A DNA stretch of 36,841 nt, taken from the IMG/VR virus record IMGVR_UViG_3300037424_000507, positions 1-36,841 of that record, one strand, 5' to 3'. Under the pieces are notes generated by a model. The model was not told where the DNA came from. It did not search any database and saw only the letters and a program-made list of their open reading frames with translations. The translations under genes and the position numbers were made by a program. How positions within the stretch are numbered: position 1 is the first letter of the stretch; the number at the start of each line of letters is the position of its first letter. Source of the DNA: a virus. Taxonomy: Duplodnaviria > Caudoviricetes. Of this stretch, positions 26,419 through 36,233 are shown one piece after another.

Positions 26419-27668
26419 TCTTCCCTCATTTCTTGGTTATTCATTGGAACGGCGTCGGTCACTGCCGGATTTTCAATGGGCATGATACTGCTCATCATGT
26501 AATAACGGTCTCCTTCGGGATAGGCACTCATATCATCTTTCTCTCGCGCCTCGTTTGGCGTCATCATTCCATTTTGTATTCGTACTGACATGCTGTCTGC
26601 TCTTGCCTTGCTGTCCATCCGCAGCAGGCTATCCCTTACGAAGCGAAAATAAATGTTGACCTGCTCCTCCCTCGATAGCCAGCGAATACGCGCTCCTTCC
26701 TCCCACGGCACCAGGTAAGCATCCAACGTACCGGTCAAGTATTCAATATATTTCTGCTCATTGGAGTTATAAGCTTCCTTGCCGCGGTTGAGCATGTGCT
26801 CAGGTAGCCCAAAGAAATTGCAGATATCCCGATCTCCAGCATCGATCGATTCCAGGAATTGCGCATCCTTGAGCTGGATGGTGATTGGCTCGAATTTTGT
26901 GATACGACTGTCGAAGACTGCCAAACGGTAGGCATTATCAGACCCGCTCATCTGTTCCTCGTAAACCCCACGCACTTTATCCCGCGCTTCTTTCGACAAC
27001 TCGCCTGCCATCTGGACATAAGCAGCGGGCAGAAATCCCTGTTTGTATAGCATGCTTTGAGTCTTATGAGCTGCAATTTGCCGCCCGAAAGTCTCCCTGG
27101 CAAATGTGATTACCCCGCGCCCCATAAATCCAGTGGTATCTGGATTGATCAGCAGATGCAGAATTTCCACGGATGGAATGAACTCCGTGATGTTATTGCT
27201 GAATGTATGCCGGTACCACAGGTTCCCGTCCAGGTCGAATACTGGCACTGTCCTGTCAGCCGGCAGGATCAATAATTGTCGCTCTCCGACTGTCGGGCTC
27301 CAGATGTATGCATTCCCATAAAACAGCAGCCATTCGATGCTCGCCTTTTTGAAGAGAAACGGCGTCCAACCCCACAGGTTGGGGGAGATCTGCAGCAGGT
27401 AAGCCATGTTGCGCGTTACCACGTCCGGTTGTATCTGCTCGATGTTGCGCCCTACCCGCCGTATGACCTGGAAGGGCATTTTTGCCACATCATCGCTGAT
27501 GATGTTCTTTGCCCGGTATGCCGTAGCAATCGATTGGGCTCCGGGGACAGAGACGCGTTCTCCGGATTTGGTCGTATAGCCCCAGGTAGGCGCATAATCC
27601 GCTCTTGGGCTGGCGTTCGGGTCTTCCTTGGGCTTCGAGCTGGAAGAAAATAACTTAGTCAGCAGCAT
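26415..27668 (-). CDS. Portal protein, HK97 family
   Basis: LLFYGNAY, EILH, DAQFLE, MTPNEAR. Confidence 0.94.
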   Translation of the reverse strand: MLLTKLFSSSSKPKEDPNASPRADYAPTWGYTTKSGERVSVPGAQSIATAYRAKNIISDDVAKMPFQVIRRVGRNIEQIQPDVVTRNMAYLLQISPNLWGWTPFLFKKASIEWLLFYGNAYIWSPTVGERQLLILPADRTVPVFDLDGNLWYRHTFSNNITEFIPSVEILHLLINPDTTGFMGRGVITFARETFGRQIAAHKTQSMLYKQGFLPAAYVQMAGELSKEARDKVRGVYEEQMSGSDNAYRLAVFDSRITKFEPITIQLKDAQFLESIDAGDRDICNFFGLPEHMLNRGKEAYNSNEQKYIEYLTGTLDAYLVPWEEGARIRWLSREEQVNIYFRFVRDSLLRMDSKARADSMSVRIQNGMMTPNEAREKDDMSAYPEGDRYYMMSSIMPIENPAVTDAVPMNNQEMREE

Positions 27669-27831
27669 TTTTAGCCTTTGCCTTTCCGATGAGCAGACCA
27701 AATCCGATCAACATCAGTCCTGCGACAATCCAGGTGATGACCGCGTTCCACAGAGATAAGCCATACAGGACGCATGCACATCCGGCGAGTAGTAAGATAT
27801 CTTCACTGAAGCGACCTAACCATTTAGTCAT
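27655..27831 (-). CDS. Small 2-TM protein preceding the portal
   Basis: Hydrophobic; common position in HK97-like phages. Confidence 0.65.
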   Translation of the reverse strand: MTKWLGRFSEDILLLAGCACVLYGLSLWNAVITWIVAGLMLIGFGLLIGKAKAKNAAD

Positions 27832-28372
27832 ATTGACCAAACACATTCACCAATGGACCACTCATCACCTGCAGTCGTTCCACGTGTGGTAATAGCGCCC
27901 TTCCCTCCTCGAGCCAGGGCCTGATATGATGATCGAGTGGATAATGGAAGCATGGCACATCCGGGCCATTGAAGGGATGACAATAGAGCACCTCGCCCTG
28001 GTATAGGTCCATCCCACATAGGATGACCGGGCTGCATCCCAGCCACAGGGCAAACCAGGCTGCGGTATTGGAGCTATAGAATCCGGTCCATACATCGATA
28101 TCGAAAATGACATCCGACGTGGGATCGGGGCTGACTCGCACCGCCTTCGCTTCTTTGATAGCTGCCGCCAACTCCGGACCATCTTCTGGACGATCGTTAT
28201 AGACCATATAATCCGGCTGGCAGTGATAAAAGGCGTGATAATTGACCGCAATCAGCAGAGAATCCGGAGGCAATTTAGCCATGTCACTCGGTAGGCTGGG
28301 ACCACCACCGAGCACGGCAGCTGGTCGTCCTGTAAAATGATCGCGCAAGGAAGACATCAGGAGCTTGGACAT
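27824..28372 (-). CDS. GT29/MAF/MptE-like Rossmann-fold protein
   Basis: VLGGGPSL, IAVN, D..VYND, ALWLGC..VILCGMD. Confidence 0.7.
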   Translation of the reverse strand: MSKLLMSSLRDHFTGRPAAVLGGGPSLPSDMAKLPPDSLLIAVNYHAFYHCQPDYMVYNDRPEDGPELAAAIKEAKAVRVSPDPTSDVIFDIDVWTGFYSSNTAAWFALWLGCSPVILCGMDLYQGEVLYCHPFNGPDVPCFHYPLDHHIRPWLEEGRALLPHVERLQVMSGPLVNVFGQYD

Positions 28373-28830
28373 TCTCTCTTTTCCAAAATAACATTCACAT
28401 TCCCATCCCGGGTCCAATTGAGACTGATAATCTTCCAGGGTTTGGGCTGGTAAGTTAGATAACGCCGGCAGTCCGGATCAAAATGCTCAAAAGTAATCTC
28501 ATCACACGGATTACAATGCGTTGGATCGTGGTAGAAACCATCCGAGGATCCATAAGGCGTTTCAATATCTATTCTTGCGCCAACTTTCAACACCCGCCAG
28601 CATTCGTCCATAAACTCCAGAAAAGGCCGGCGCAGGCCTCTTTCCGTCACGCATGCCGGTGGAATGTGCTCTATAATATGCCAGGCCTTTGCCTGTTCCA
28701 CGCTATCCGCCAGCACGGGCCACGGCTGAATGGTTAGATCATGGGCAATGTCCACACCCGGAAGAGACTGGATGTCGATCCCGGTCCAGCCGGGGTCTTT
28801 ATGATGGCCGCAAGCAATGTCCAGCTTCAT
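28357..28830 (-). CDS. Class I SAM-dependent methyltransferase
   Basis: LDIACG, HIIEH, ECWRVLK.G, DPTH. Confidence 0.82.
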   Translation of the reverse strand: MKLDIACGHHKDPGWTGIDIQSLPGVDIAHDLTIQPWPVLADSVEQAKAWHIIEHIPPACVTERGLRRPFLEFMDECWRVLKVGARIDIETPYGSSDGFYHDPTHCNPCDEITFEHFDPDCRRYLTYQPKPWKIISLNWTRDGNVNVILEKRECPSS

Positions 28831-30500
28831 CACATACCCCAATCTTCAGATAAGATGTCTGCAGAGATATCCACGCTGCCCTTATAAAACCGGGCTCTTG
28901 CCATCGCGTTCACCCAGGCTGCAGTCAGGTCGATGCGCTTGGTACGATCAACTGATTTGCCCTTATGCTCTTTGACAAACTTGATATATCCCTGTCCATT
29001 CTTTGCGATCGATGTGTTGCCAAAGCACCAGCGAGCAACCGGATTATTTTCATGGGTCATCCGGCCTTTGAGAAGATGGTCTGTTGGCACGATCGGAATA
29101 ATATCTGTTTCCTCATTTTCTATAATTTCCTCTAGCTCTGGCTCCTTCCATCCAGCCTGCCCTTTCAGCAATATCTCGATCTGGTTCATTGGATCTGTCA
29201 GACTGACATACGTCTGCGGCACATCCACACAGACCAGGTTCGCCTGCTCAAGCCGCTGCAGCAGCATCGCTGCCATTGCCCGATCACTTGGCAGCTCTAT
29301 CACGTTATAAAATTTCTTTATTTCCAGGATCGTCTTTTCGATCTCTGTGTAATCGATCACGTCACCCTTCGTCAGCGTCAGATAACCCTGTTGAGCCCAT
29401 TTGTCATACGGGATCTTGTCGTTCTTCACCCGGTCTTCGAGCCCGCTCTCCGGCAGCCAGCAATGCCAGAATATTCGCCAATCGAGCTGTTCACCCTGTG
29501 GGGGGAACAAGACAGCCAGCGCTGCAAGGTCAGTGGTGGATGAAAGATCAATGCCAATGTAGCAATCCTTTCCCAGCTGGTCAGCCCGAGTCCATCCGCC
29601 AACAGTCTGGTCGAACAGGTCCAGCGGCAGCCAGGAGGTCAGCTTATATGTCAGCCATTGGTTAAGACGCAGCCAGCGGAACAGCCGCTCATCTGCAGGT
29701 TTTTTCTTGGCTCGCTCAGCAGTCTCGCGCACCGACTCGATCGTGATCGTATGGTCCAGGCTTGGGTTGGCCTTGTACCAATTGCGTTCGTTATAGATGT
29801 CATCACCTTCATAGGAGAAGATCACCGGGTACCAGGTTGGATCCACAATCTCCCCATCCAGGATCTTCTTAGCATATTCGTGCTGCTCCCAACAGACAGA
29901 CACTCGATCCGGATCATCGCCGGCAGTAGTGATTACCCACCAAATCGGCTGGGTACGCGCATCGCCGGCGCCAAAAGTCATCACATCCCATAATGCCCGG
30001 TTGGGCTGCGCGTGCAGCTCGTCGAAGATGCAGGCGGAGACATTCAAGCCGTGCTTGGTATAGGCCTCTGCGCTCATCACCTGGTAGAAGGTCCCGGTCA
30101 CTTTATCGGTGATCCGTTTCTTGCTGGCCGTGTACTTGGCTCTTTTTCGCAGTGCCGGTGATTGATCGATCATATCCACCGCCACATCGAAGACCAGGCT
30201 GGCCTGCGCCCGATCGGCAGCACAGCCATAGACCTCACCATTGCGCTCGCCATCAGCGAACAAGTGATAGATGCCGGCGCCGGCTGCCAGCTCGCTCTTG
30301 CCCTGCTTCTTAGTGATCTCGATATAGACAAACTTAATCCGGCGCAAGCCTTTTTCATTGACTGTGCCATATACGTCGCGAACGACCTGGCTCTCCCACG
30401 GAAGCAATATAAATGGCTGACCATAGAAACGACCCTTGGTGTGCCGTAGCGATTCGAAGATCTTGACTGCGCGCTGTGCTCTTGCTTCATCGAACATCAC
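28830..30500 (-). CDS. terL: Terminase large subunit
   Basis: KKQGKS Walker A, IFDELH Walker B, ITTAG, GIDLSSTTDL, RID. Confidence 0.96.
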   Translation of the reverse strand: MMFDEARAQRAVKIFESLRHTKGRFYGQPFILLPWESQVVRDVYGTVNEKGLRRIKFVYIEITKKQGKSELAAGAGIYHLFADGERNGEVYGCAADRAQASLVFDVAVDMIDQSPALRKRAKYTASKKRITDKVTGTFYQVMSAEAYTKHGLNVSACIFDELHAQPNRALWDVMTFGAGDARTQPIWWVITTAGDDPDRVSVCWEQHEYAKKILDGEIVDPTWYPVIFSYEGDDIYNERNWYKANPSLDHTITIESVRETAERAKKKPADERLFRWLRLNQWLTYKLTSWLPLDLFDQTVGGWTRADQLGKDCYIGIDLSSTTDLAALAVLFPPQGEQLDWRIFWHCWLPESGLEDRVKNDKIPYDKWAQQGYLTLTKGDVIDYTEIEKTILEIKKFYNVIELPSDRAMAAMLLQRLEQANLVCVDVPQTYVSLTDPMNQIEILLKGQAGWKEPELEEIIENEETDIIPIVPTDHLLKGRMTHENNPVARWCFGNTSIAKNGQGYIKFVKEHKGKSVDRTKRIDLTAAWVNAMARARFYKGSVDISADILSEDWGM

Positions 30501-30951
30501 TATTCACAAAATCCGTTACGTCATCGAGCAGCTGCTCCAGATCATCCGGAGGTGTCTGCTCAGCAGCCTTCTTCGCCAGGCGGGCCCGGGCGGAAATTGA
30601 AATCCCGAGCTTCTCAGCAAACGATAATGCCAGGCGGCTCCATGACTGTGCTGCCGTAATTTCCTTGGGGTCGCTGTCATCTTTCAATGCCTTGACTGCA
30701 GATTGATAACGAGCAACCGCATCAGCATAGAGCGCCAGCAAATTCGCATCTACGTTGTCCAGAAGTTGCAGCCCTCGCAGTTGTCGCTTTGTGCTTTCAA
30801 AGATTTGGCGTGCTTCCACAGAAAGCCAATCGGGAGCTGGAAGTCGAACTCTCTTATGCTGCAATGTAATCTCAACTGTTTGGCGTGCAACACGCTCAGC
30901 TTTGGACATATGTTTGCGAATATTTTCGGTAGTTTTCAACGGCGTTGGCAT
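30487..30951 (-). CDS. terS: Terminase small subunit (P27-like)
   Basis: PDWLS.EA...LGISISARARL. Confidence 0.88.
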   Translation of the reverse strand: MPTPLKTTENIRKHMSKAERVARQTVEITLQHKRVRLPAPDWLSVEARQIFESTKRQLRGLQLLDNVDANLLALYADAVARYQSAVKALKDDSDPKEITAAQSWSRLALSFAEKLGISISARARLAKKAAEQTPPDDLEQLLDDVTDFVNSDVR

Positions 30952-31054
30952 AGGTCACTTAATTTCAGGCGCTGATTGGGGCGAAAAATTCGCGTCGAAG
31001 GCCATCTGCGCTCGACATCTTCCGAATAAAAACTTTTTTAGGGGGATATGGCTT
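30952..31054. other. Probable cos region
   Basis: Noncoding gap between HNH and terS, the usual cos position in HK97-like phages; cut site not identified. Confidence 0.45.
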
Positions 31055-31408
31055 CTATTTACTAGCACTGCTCATCTCCTTAGCTGTCCGCCTGCTGTGG
31101 CAGCTCTTGCACAGTGACATCAATTGGCTGGTCCTGAATATATGTGCATCGCCCGCATGCCTCTGCTTGTGATGTCTCTCTGTTGCAGGAGTATAGATAC
31201 CATCGGCCAGGCAGTCAGCACACCAGGGCTCTGATGCCAGCTGCGCTGCCCTGCGCTTCTGCCAGGTGCGGTCATACAGGCGCTGCCGTTCTGGATTGCG
31301 TGGCAGGATTGCCAGTGGCCTTTGACCGATGTGCTGATCACAATAACCAGACCGAACCAGGTTAGGGCATCCAGGATATTTGCAAGCACGCCAAGATTTA
31401 ATAGGCAA
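31055..31408 (-). CDS. HNH endonuclease (terminase-associated)
   Basis: C..PGC...YC..H, CADC, HH...H, LCKSCHS. Confidence 0.88.
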   Translation of the reverse strand: MPIKSWRACKYPGCPNLVRSGYCDQHIGQRPLAILPRNPERQRLYDRTWQKRRAAQLASEPWCADCLADGIYTPATERHHKQRHAGDAHIFRTSQLMSLCKSCHSRRTAKEMSSASK

Positions 31409-31419
31409 GAGTTCCACTC

Positions 31420-31707
31420 CTATGGCATAAGCCTATTGGATAGGCTTAGGATTACGACGTCATCTCCACTAACGGCCGCATCAAACCAGAACTTGTTCAT
31501 ACTGTTAATGTCTACGATCACCTGCACGCCACTGTCTAGGATATAGCCGGTGGTCGCACTCACACCATCAGCACCATCGTTACCCATATAGATAACGCCT
31601 GCGTTGGCTGGATCACCGCGCACGATAAATGATCCCGGCCCGGTATCAGGCCCCTGCACCGCAGTACCTGCGGTCGTTACTGTAACTCTCCATGATTTTT
31701 GTGTCAT
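31420..31707 (-). CDS. Small beta-rich virion protein
   Basis: N.G.IY.G...V....GY.L pattern; AAGGAG RBS. Confidence 0.6.
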   Translation of the reverse strand: MTQKSWRVTVTTAGTAVQGPDTGPGSFIVRGDPANAGVIYMGNDGADGVSATTGYILDSGVQVIVDINSMNKFWFDAAVSGDDVVILSLSNRLMP

Positions 31708-31725
31708 ATAAAACTCCTTATAAAA

Positions 31726-32052
31726 CTACACTGCAGGTATAGGTAAATTCTCACAGACTTTGAATTGCAGGATATCCGTATACCATTCACCACTAGCAAG
31801 TATGATATGTCCTTGCCATTGCCAGAAACCTTCAAGATCAAGATCATCAGGAATAGTTACATAATGCATCTTGCCATCCGTGCCATCAGTAACGAATACA
31901 GCATCTTTGATCACCGAGATACCATCTGGCTTACGGAATATGAACTCACTGGTCGTGGCTGCGGAGATATCCACTATCGTGCCATCCTGATCTTTGATGG
32001 TACGCTCGAAGATGGTGCCTACATCGTCTATGTGGATATTAGCGCTCATCAT
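31726..32052 (-). CDS. BppU-N/Ig-like structural protein
   Basis: FRKPDG...DGTDGK..Y...DLD..G.W. Confidence 0.62.
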   Translation of the reverse strand: MMSANIHIDDVGTIFERTIKDQDGTIVDISAATTSEFIFRKPDGISVIKDAVFVTDGTDGKMHYVTIPDDLDLEGFWQWQGHIILASGEWYTDILQFKVCENLPIPAV

Positions 32053-32136
32053 CCCTGCCTAACCACAGGCCGGCTAGGATCGGCCGTGTCCCTGGCCCGC
32101 TGGGCCTGGGCGGGCTGCCGATAGCTGCGCTTAAAA

Positions 32137-33627
32137 TCAGACATAAGCCCGCCAATAAACTGTCTGTGTTGTTCCTGCCGACCCGTCAGGTTTCTTAATT
32201 GCCACCGTGAAAGTGGTTGCCGCCCGCGCCGTGACACTGACCATCTCACCCGCCACACTGGGGGTCGCCTCAACAACGGTTGGCGTTGTTTCGCATCCAT
32301 GTAAAATTGTTCCTCCGTCTGCAACAGAGGTTGCGCCTTTAGCCTCGGTGACATAGCCCGAGTTACCATAGACAACATCCCCTGCCGCTGTAGAGTAAAT
32401 TTGCCCAACAGTCGACAAAAAGTTGAATGCAATTATGTTTCTACCTGACGCAGCGCCGGTAGAAAGGACGGCATAGTTAAGGTTGCGGTCAGGGCCATCC
32501 ACAAATTGATTAAGAGCAACGATATTGTCCAGGTTTCCATGCGTGCCTGGGCCGGTCGAGATCATCCGCACACCATTGCAGCAGTTGTAGAACAGGTTGC
32601 CGATAATAGAGTTATTTTTAGAGTCCCATCCACCGCCCCCATCGTCGGCTGACGAATACACGGCGCTGTGTCCCGTTGTCATTTGGTTTATAAATACATT
32701 GCCGCTGATCAGGCTGTTCTGCGTTCCATTGATGTAGACCTGAATCTGGCCACCAATAAACAGGTTGTTTACGATCTGATTTCCAGCGTTCCCGTCGTCA
32801 ACATCGAAATCGGCCGTGAGATCGACCGCCCCTTTTGCAAGAGCCTCGATGTTGTTTTCGAAGATGTTTTTGGAGACAGTACAGTAGGACGCGTCAAGCC
32901 GCATCGCAGATTCACCCAAGAAGTAATTATTTTGGATCGTTGTTTTTCTTGTCTTGTAGCGGATGTGGACGGCCCAAGATTCAATCTCGAAGGGATCGTT
33001 CTCGTCGTGCCAGTTTTTAAAGCGGCATTTCTCGATGATGGTTTCGCCAGTATCGAAAATCTCATCAATGGCGTACCCGTCTTTGTAGGTTGTCTGGTTA
33101 TAGATGTTGTTATCAAACTCAATGCCGCTAACGTAGGTTTGGTTGGTCTTTAGGTTTACAGCGCTCGTCCCAAATATGACCAGCGTCACGATCCTATCCT
33201 GCACCTGGTTATCGGCAATCTTGAAAATCGTTGCGCCCGGAATGCCCTCGAGAGAGATATTGGGATGTGTGCGCGTGATCTTCAGACTGCATTTCACGTT
33301 AGCAATGCCCACGCTTATGGTTTCGGCATAGGATAAGAGGAAAGTACCTGGCGATGTAAGTACCCTGCCGCCCGGCGAGGAAATCGCATCAATAGCAGCC
33401 TGTATCTCTACCTGGTCATTCACACCATCGCAAACATAATCTGCTGATTTTTTCCAAGTATCTGATGCATCATTTGCAGCTACAAGGATTTCCCTTCCAC
33501 GAAGGATATTTTCTACAGTCACTTTTTTACTGGTGGGTATCCCTAATGGATCATCAATGACATACAATAAATCTCCCCGTATAGGTGATATCAGCTCGGT
33601 AAGACTAGAAACCTTTTTATCAGCCAT
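32137..33627 (-). CDS. Right-handed beta-helix (pectin lyase-like) spike/depolymerase
   Basis: DQVEIQAAID..GG.V...GTF and repeated I..N.F turns. Confidence 0.8.
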   Translation of the reverse strand: MADKKVSSLTELISPIRGDLLYVIDDPLGIPTSKKVTVENILRGREILVAANDASDTWKKSADYVCDGVNDQVEIQAAIDAISSPGGRVLTSPGTFLLSYAETISVGIANVKCSLKITRTHPNISLEGIPGATIFKIADNQVQDRIVTLVIFGTSAVNLKTNQTYVSGIEFDNNIYNQTTYKDGYAIDEIFDTGETIIEKCRFKNWHDENDPFEIESWAVHIRYKTRKTTIQNNYFLGESAMRLDASYCTVSKNIFENNIEALAKGAVDLTADFDVDDGNAGNQIVNNLFIGGQIQVYINGTQNSLISGNVFINQMTTGHSAVYSSADDGGGGWDSKNNSIIGNLFYNCCNGVRMISTGPGTHGNLDNIVALNQFVDGPDRNLNYAVLSTGAASGRNIIAFNFLSTVGQIYSTAAGDVVYGNSGYVTEAKGATSVADGGTILHGCETTPTVVEATPSVAGEMVSVTARAATTFTVAIKKPDGSAGTTQTVYWRAYV

Positions 33628-33629
33628 GA

Positions 33630-33806
33630 CTATGCTTCCACTAAAATGCGTTCCTGATTTTCCGAAATTAGAACTCCACTGCCATTTTCCATCACAATAT
33701 AAAGTGGACTAAGACCGGTATATATATATCCATCTTGCTCTACCATTTTATAGATAAGCCCGTCAGCAGAAATCAAGATGGGTAGATCATCGTCTGTTGT
33801 CGTCAT
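33630..33806 (-). CDS. Small hypothetical structural protein
   Basis: 58 aa, IVMENGSGVLISE repeat-like end; directly precedes the spike gene. Confidence 0.5.
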   Translation of the reverse strand: MTTTDDDLPILISADGLIYKMVEQDGYIYTGLSPLYIVMENGSGVLISENQERILVEA

Positions 33807-33823
33807 TAATATGCCTAAAATAA

Positions 33824-34546
33824 TTACACCGTCGCTACGTTCAGCATTTCTGCGGGTGTCAGAGCCGTTTTCCACAAGGCCACGAGGCCCTCCCACCCGT
33901 TGAATGGGGATGTTGGCGTTATATTTCTGGCTCCTAGGGTAGCCGTAGTAAGCGAGCCTGTAGGCTGCACCAATCCAGTTTGAGTGACGCCAACCTGTGC
34001 ACCGGATCTATAACCTTTCATCGCATCCGCAACCGTGTCCCAGGTCATGCCCAGGTGCACCAACCCTGCACCGGATGGTGCTAAATCCACAACTTTACTC
34101 GTAGCTCCCTGCTGATAAACAGCACGAATAACGTTCGCGGCGACTTTACCAATATAGATGGTATTCGAATTGTTAAGGAAATCCAACTCGATCATCCATC
34201 CAGTGCCGACAGCGGCCCAATATGAGCCATTTACGGGCTTTACCCATAGCGCAATCGTTCCGGCAGCCTTGCTGACATCGGCAGCAAGCGCAGCAGAAAA
34301 TAAATTCACATAATCGGCTGCACCATCGAAATATGGGATCAGCACACCGTCAGGTCCAGCCGCGTTTGCAAGATCGACGCCGGTATAAGTGCCGTTATTT
34401 CCCTGCCCGCTGATATCTACCGCTGTTGCCCCGCTCGTTTCATTCAGACGCCAAAAGCCGATCAGGTTGGCGCGCTGAATAGAAAGTATCTTCTGATAAT
34501 ATTTCTGTTTGCCGCCCATTAGCACGGGCAAATAACGAGCTTTCAT
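33824..34546 (-). CDS. LamG/concanavalin A-like lectin protein
   Basis: GFWRLNETSG..A.D.SG..NNGT, FDG, TIALWVK, ALTPAEM. Confidence 0.82.
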   Translation of the reverse strand: MKARYLPVLMGGKQKYYQKILSIQRANLIGFWRLNETSGATAVDISGQGNNGTYTGVDLANAAGPDGVLIPYFDGAADYVNLFSAALAADVSKAAGTIALWVKPVNGSYWAAVGTGWMIELDFLNNSNTIYIGKVAANVIRAVYQQGATSKVVDLAPSGAGLVHLGMTWDTVADAMKGYRSGAQVGVTQTGLVQPTGSLTTATLGARNITPTSPFNGWEGLVALWKTALTPAEMLNVATV

Positions 34547-35559
34547 GGTATATCCCTGCACAGCCAACCGGCCAGGTGCGCAGTCGGCCCCGACTTCAGC
34601 CAGGTGCGGTTTAGCGCGTCCTTGACTTCGCCGGTGACCACCCACTCTTTATCGATAGGCGTCTGCCCAATCAGCGTTGACGGCGTAACCACCGGCGCAT
34701 TCCTGATATTCAGCAGCCCCGTATTCACAGCCACGGTGCGCGGCCCAGGTGGAGGAGGAGGCTGACCAGCCCAGGCATAATTTGCCACCACGTCCCACAG
34801 CTGCGGGAGACGGCTGCGCTCATCCCATACCCAAAAGTTAGCGCCTGGAAGCCCCAGAAGCTCAGCAGTCTCCAGGAACTCCTGGACTTCGCCGGCAGTT
34901 GCCTGCCAGCCATGCTCCGCAAACGCAGCTCCGGTGGGCAGGTAAGGAAGCTGGGGAGACATCGCAGTATATTCGCTCAAGCTTCGCCTGAGTTGCTCAC
35001 CCGGATTGTGCGCTTGCATCCAGTAGACCTGCGGCATATCGAAGTCAATGATCGAGCGCCAAATGTCCCAGGCCAGCTGGGGATGAAGCGTCGGGTAGCG
35101 GTACGAGCTCAGCCCGATCGGCATGCGGCCCACCAGCAGTGGCCTGAGCATATCGACGTAGCGAGCGGCGCGCCCGCGTGGATCCAGGACTTTATAGTGC
35201 TGCTCCACATCGATGATGTAACAGTCCACGCCCAGCTCCAGCGCCCGCTGAGCACCGATCTGCGCCTCGCGCTCCGGAGTGCACCAAGCCGGGTCGTAAT
35301 GCGGCACGCCATTAGCATCGAACCACACGCCTCCGTAGACGAAATGCCATCCCCAGGCCTCGATGCCATATAAATGTAAATAATTGATGATGCCTTGAAG
35401 GTCTACAGAGATGTTGTAATAGTCGTCCGCGTTGGCGATCTTGATGACCACGTGCGTGAGACCGGCAGCTCTGGCAGCATCAGCAATAGCCTGCGGACTT
35501 CCACCTTCGCAGTCGATGCACTTCCAGATGAAATAACCTTTTCCGGTGATCGGTATCAT
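34543..35559 (-). CDS. Endolysin (TIM-barrel glycoside hydrolase + SH3-like domain)
   Basis: IIDVE, MPQVYW, proline linker, LNIRNAP...W...GW. Confidence 0.75.
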   Translation of the reverse strand: MIPITGKGYFIWKCIDCEGGSPQAIADAARAAGLTHVVIKIANADDYYNISVDLQGIINYLHLYGIEAWGWHFVYGGVWFDANGVPHYDPAWCTPEREAQIGAQRALELGVDCYIIDVEQHYKVLDPRGRAARYVDMLRPLLVGRMPIGLSSYRYPTLHPQLAWDIWRSIIDFDMPQVYWMQAHNPGEQLRRSLSEYTAMSPQLPYLPTGAAFAEHGWQATAGEVQEFLETAELLGLPGANFWVWDERSRLPQLWDVVANYAWAGQPPPPPGPRTVAVNTGLLNIRNAPVVTPSTLIGQTPIDKEWVVTGEVKDALNRTWLKSGPTAHLAGWLCRDIP

Positions 35560-35562
35560 GGG

Positions 35563-35898
35563 CTATTTCCTCCACGCATCGTCATCGAAGTCTTTCAATG
35601 CTGGAACATCAATGTCATGCTCACGCAGCGTAATGCGCAAGGTAGCGATATATTCCCTCAATACCAGGTTCTCCTGGAGAAGGCGCCGATTTTCGGTCTC
35701 TAAATTTCTTACACGATCACGCAGCAAGCCGAGGTCCGTACGCAACAGATCCAGATCTTCTCTCTTCGCCGCCCTACGAGACGTGATCCAGGAGCCGACA
35801 GCAGCTCCCATCGTAGTCATTATCGGTCCGATGGCGGTGAGTAGAGCTGCCAGGGCAGCAATAAGCAGAAGAAGCTGCTCATGGGTAAACTCTTCCAT
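35563..35898 (-). CDS. Membrane/coiled-coil lysis-module protein
   Basis: N-terminal TM then coiled coil; between holin-like gene and lysin. Confidence 0.6.
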   Translation of the reverse strand: MEEFTHEQLLLLIAALAALLTAIGPIMTTMGAAVGSWITSRRAAKREDLDLLRTDLGLLRDRVRNLETENRRLLQENLVLREYIATLRITLREHDIDVPALKDFDDDAWRK

Positions 35899-36233
35899 TA
35901 CCCTTCACCTTGCGGCGTAATCCCCAATGCCGCAGCAATGATCTTTTTAAGCAGCTCCTTGGCCTGGTCGTAGAGCAGCGGGGGCGTGGCCGCCATTACA
36001 AGCGCATAAACCAGGATACTAAAATAATCGGCAAACGTCGCCGGCGCGAACCTGGCCAGCTGTGCTCCACCACCCAGGAGCAATCCAAGGATGAGTGCAA
36101 AGGCAAGCTGACCTTTACCGGCCAGGCCGAAGGTACCGGCAAAATATGTAAAAGCGATCACTATAAATATGATCGCCGGTGCGAGCTGAGCGCCTGAGGT
36201 CAGGAATTGAATGGGATCGAATGAGAATTGCAT
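35898..36233 (-). CDS. Putative holin (3 TM), first late gene
   Basis: Three hydrophobic helices; GGAGG RBS; ATG 36233. Confidence 0.65.
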   Translation of the reverse strand: MQFSFDPIQFLTSGAQLAPAIIFIVIAFTYFAGTFGLAGKGQLAFALILGLLLGGGAQLARFAPATFADYFSILVYALVMAATPPLLYDQAKELLKKIIAAALGITPQGEG

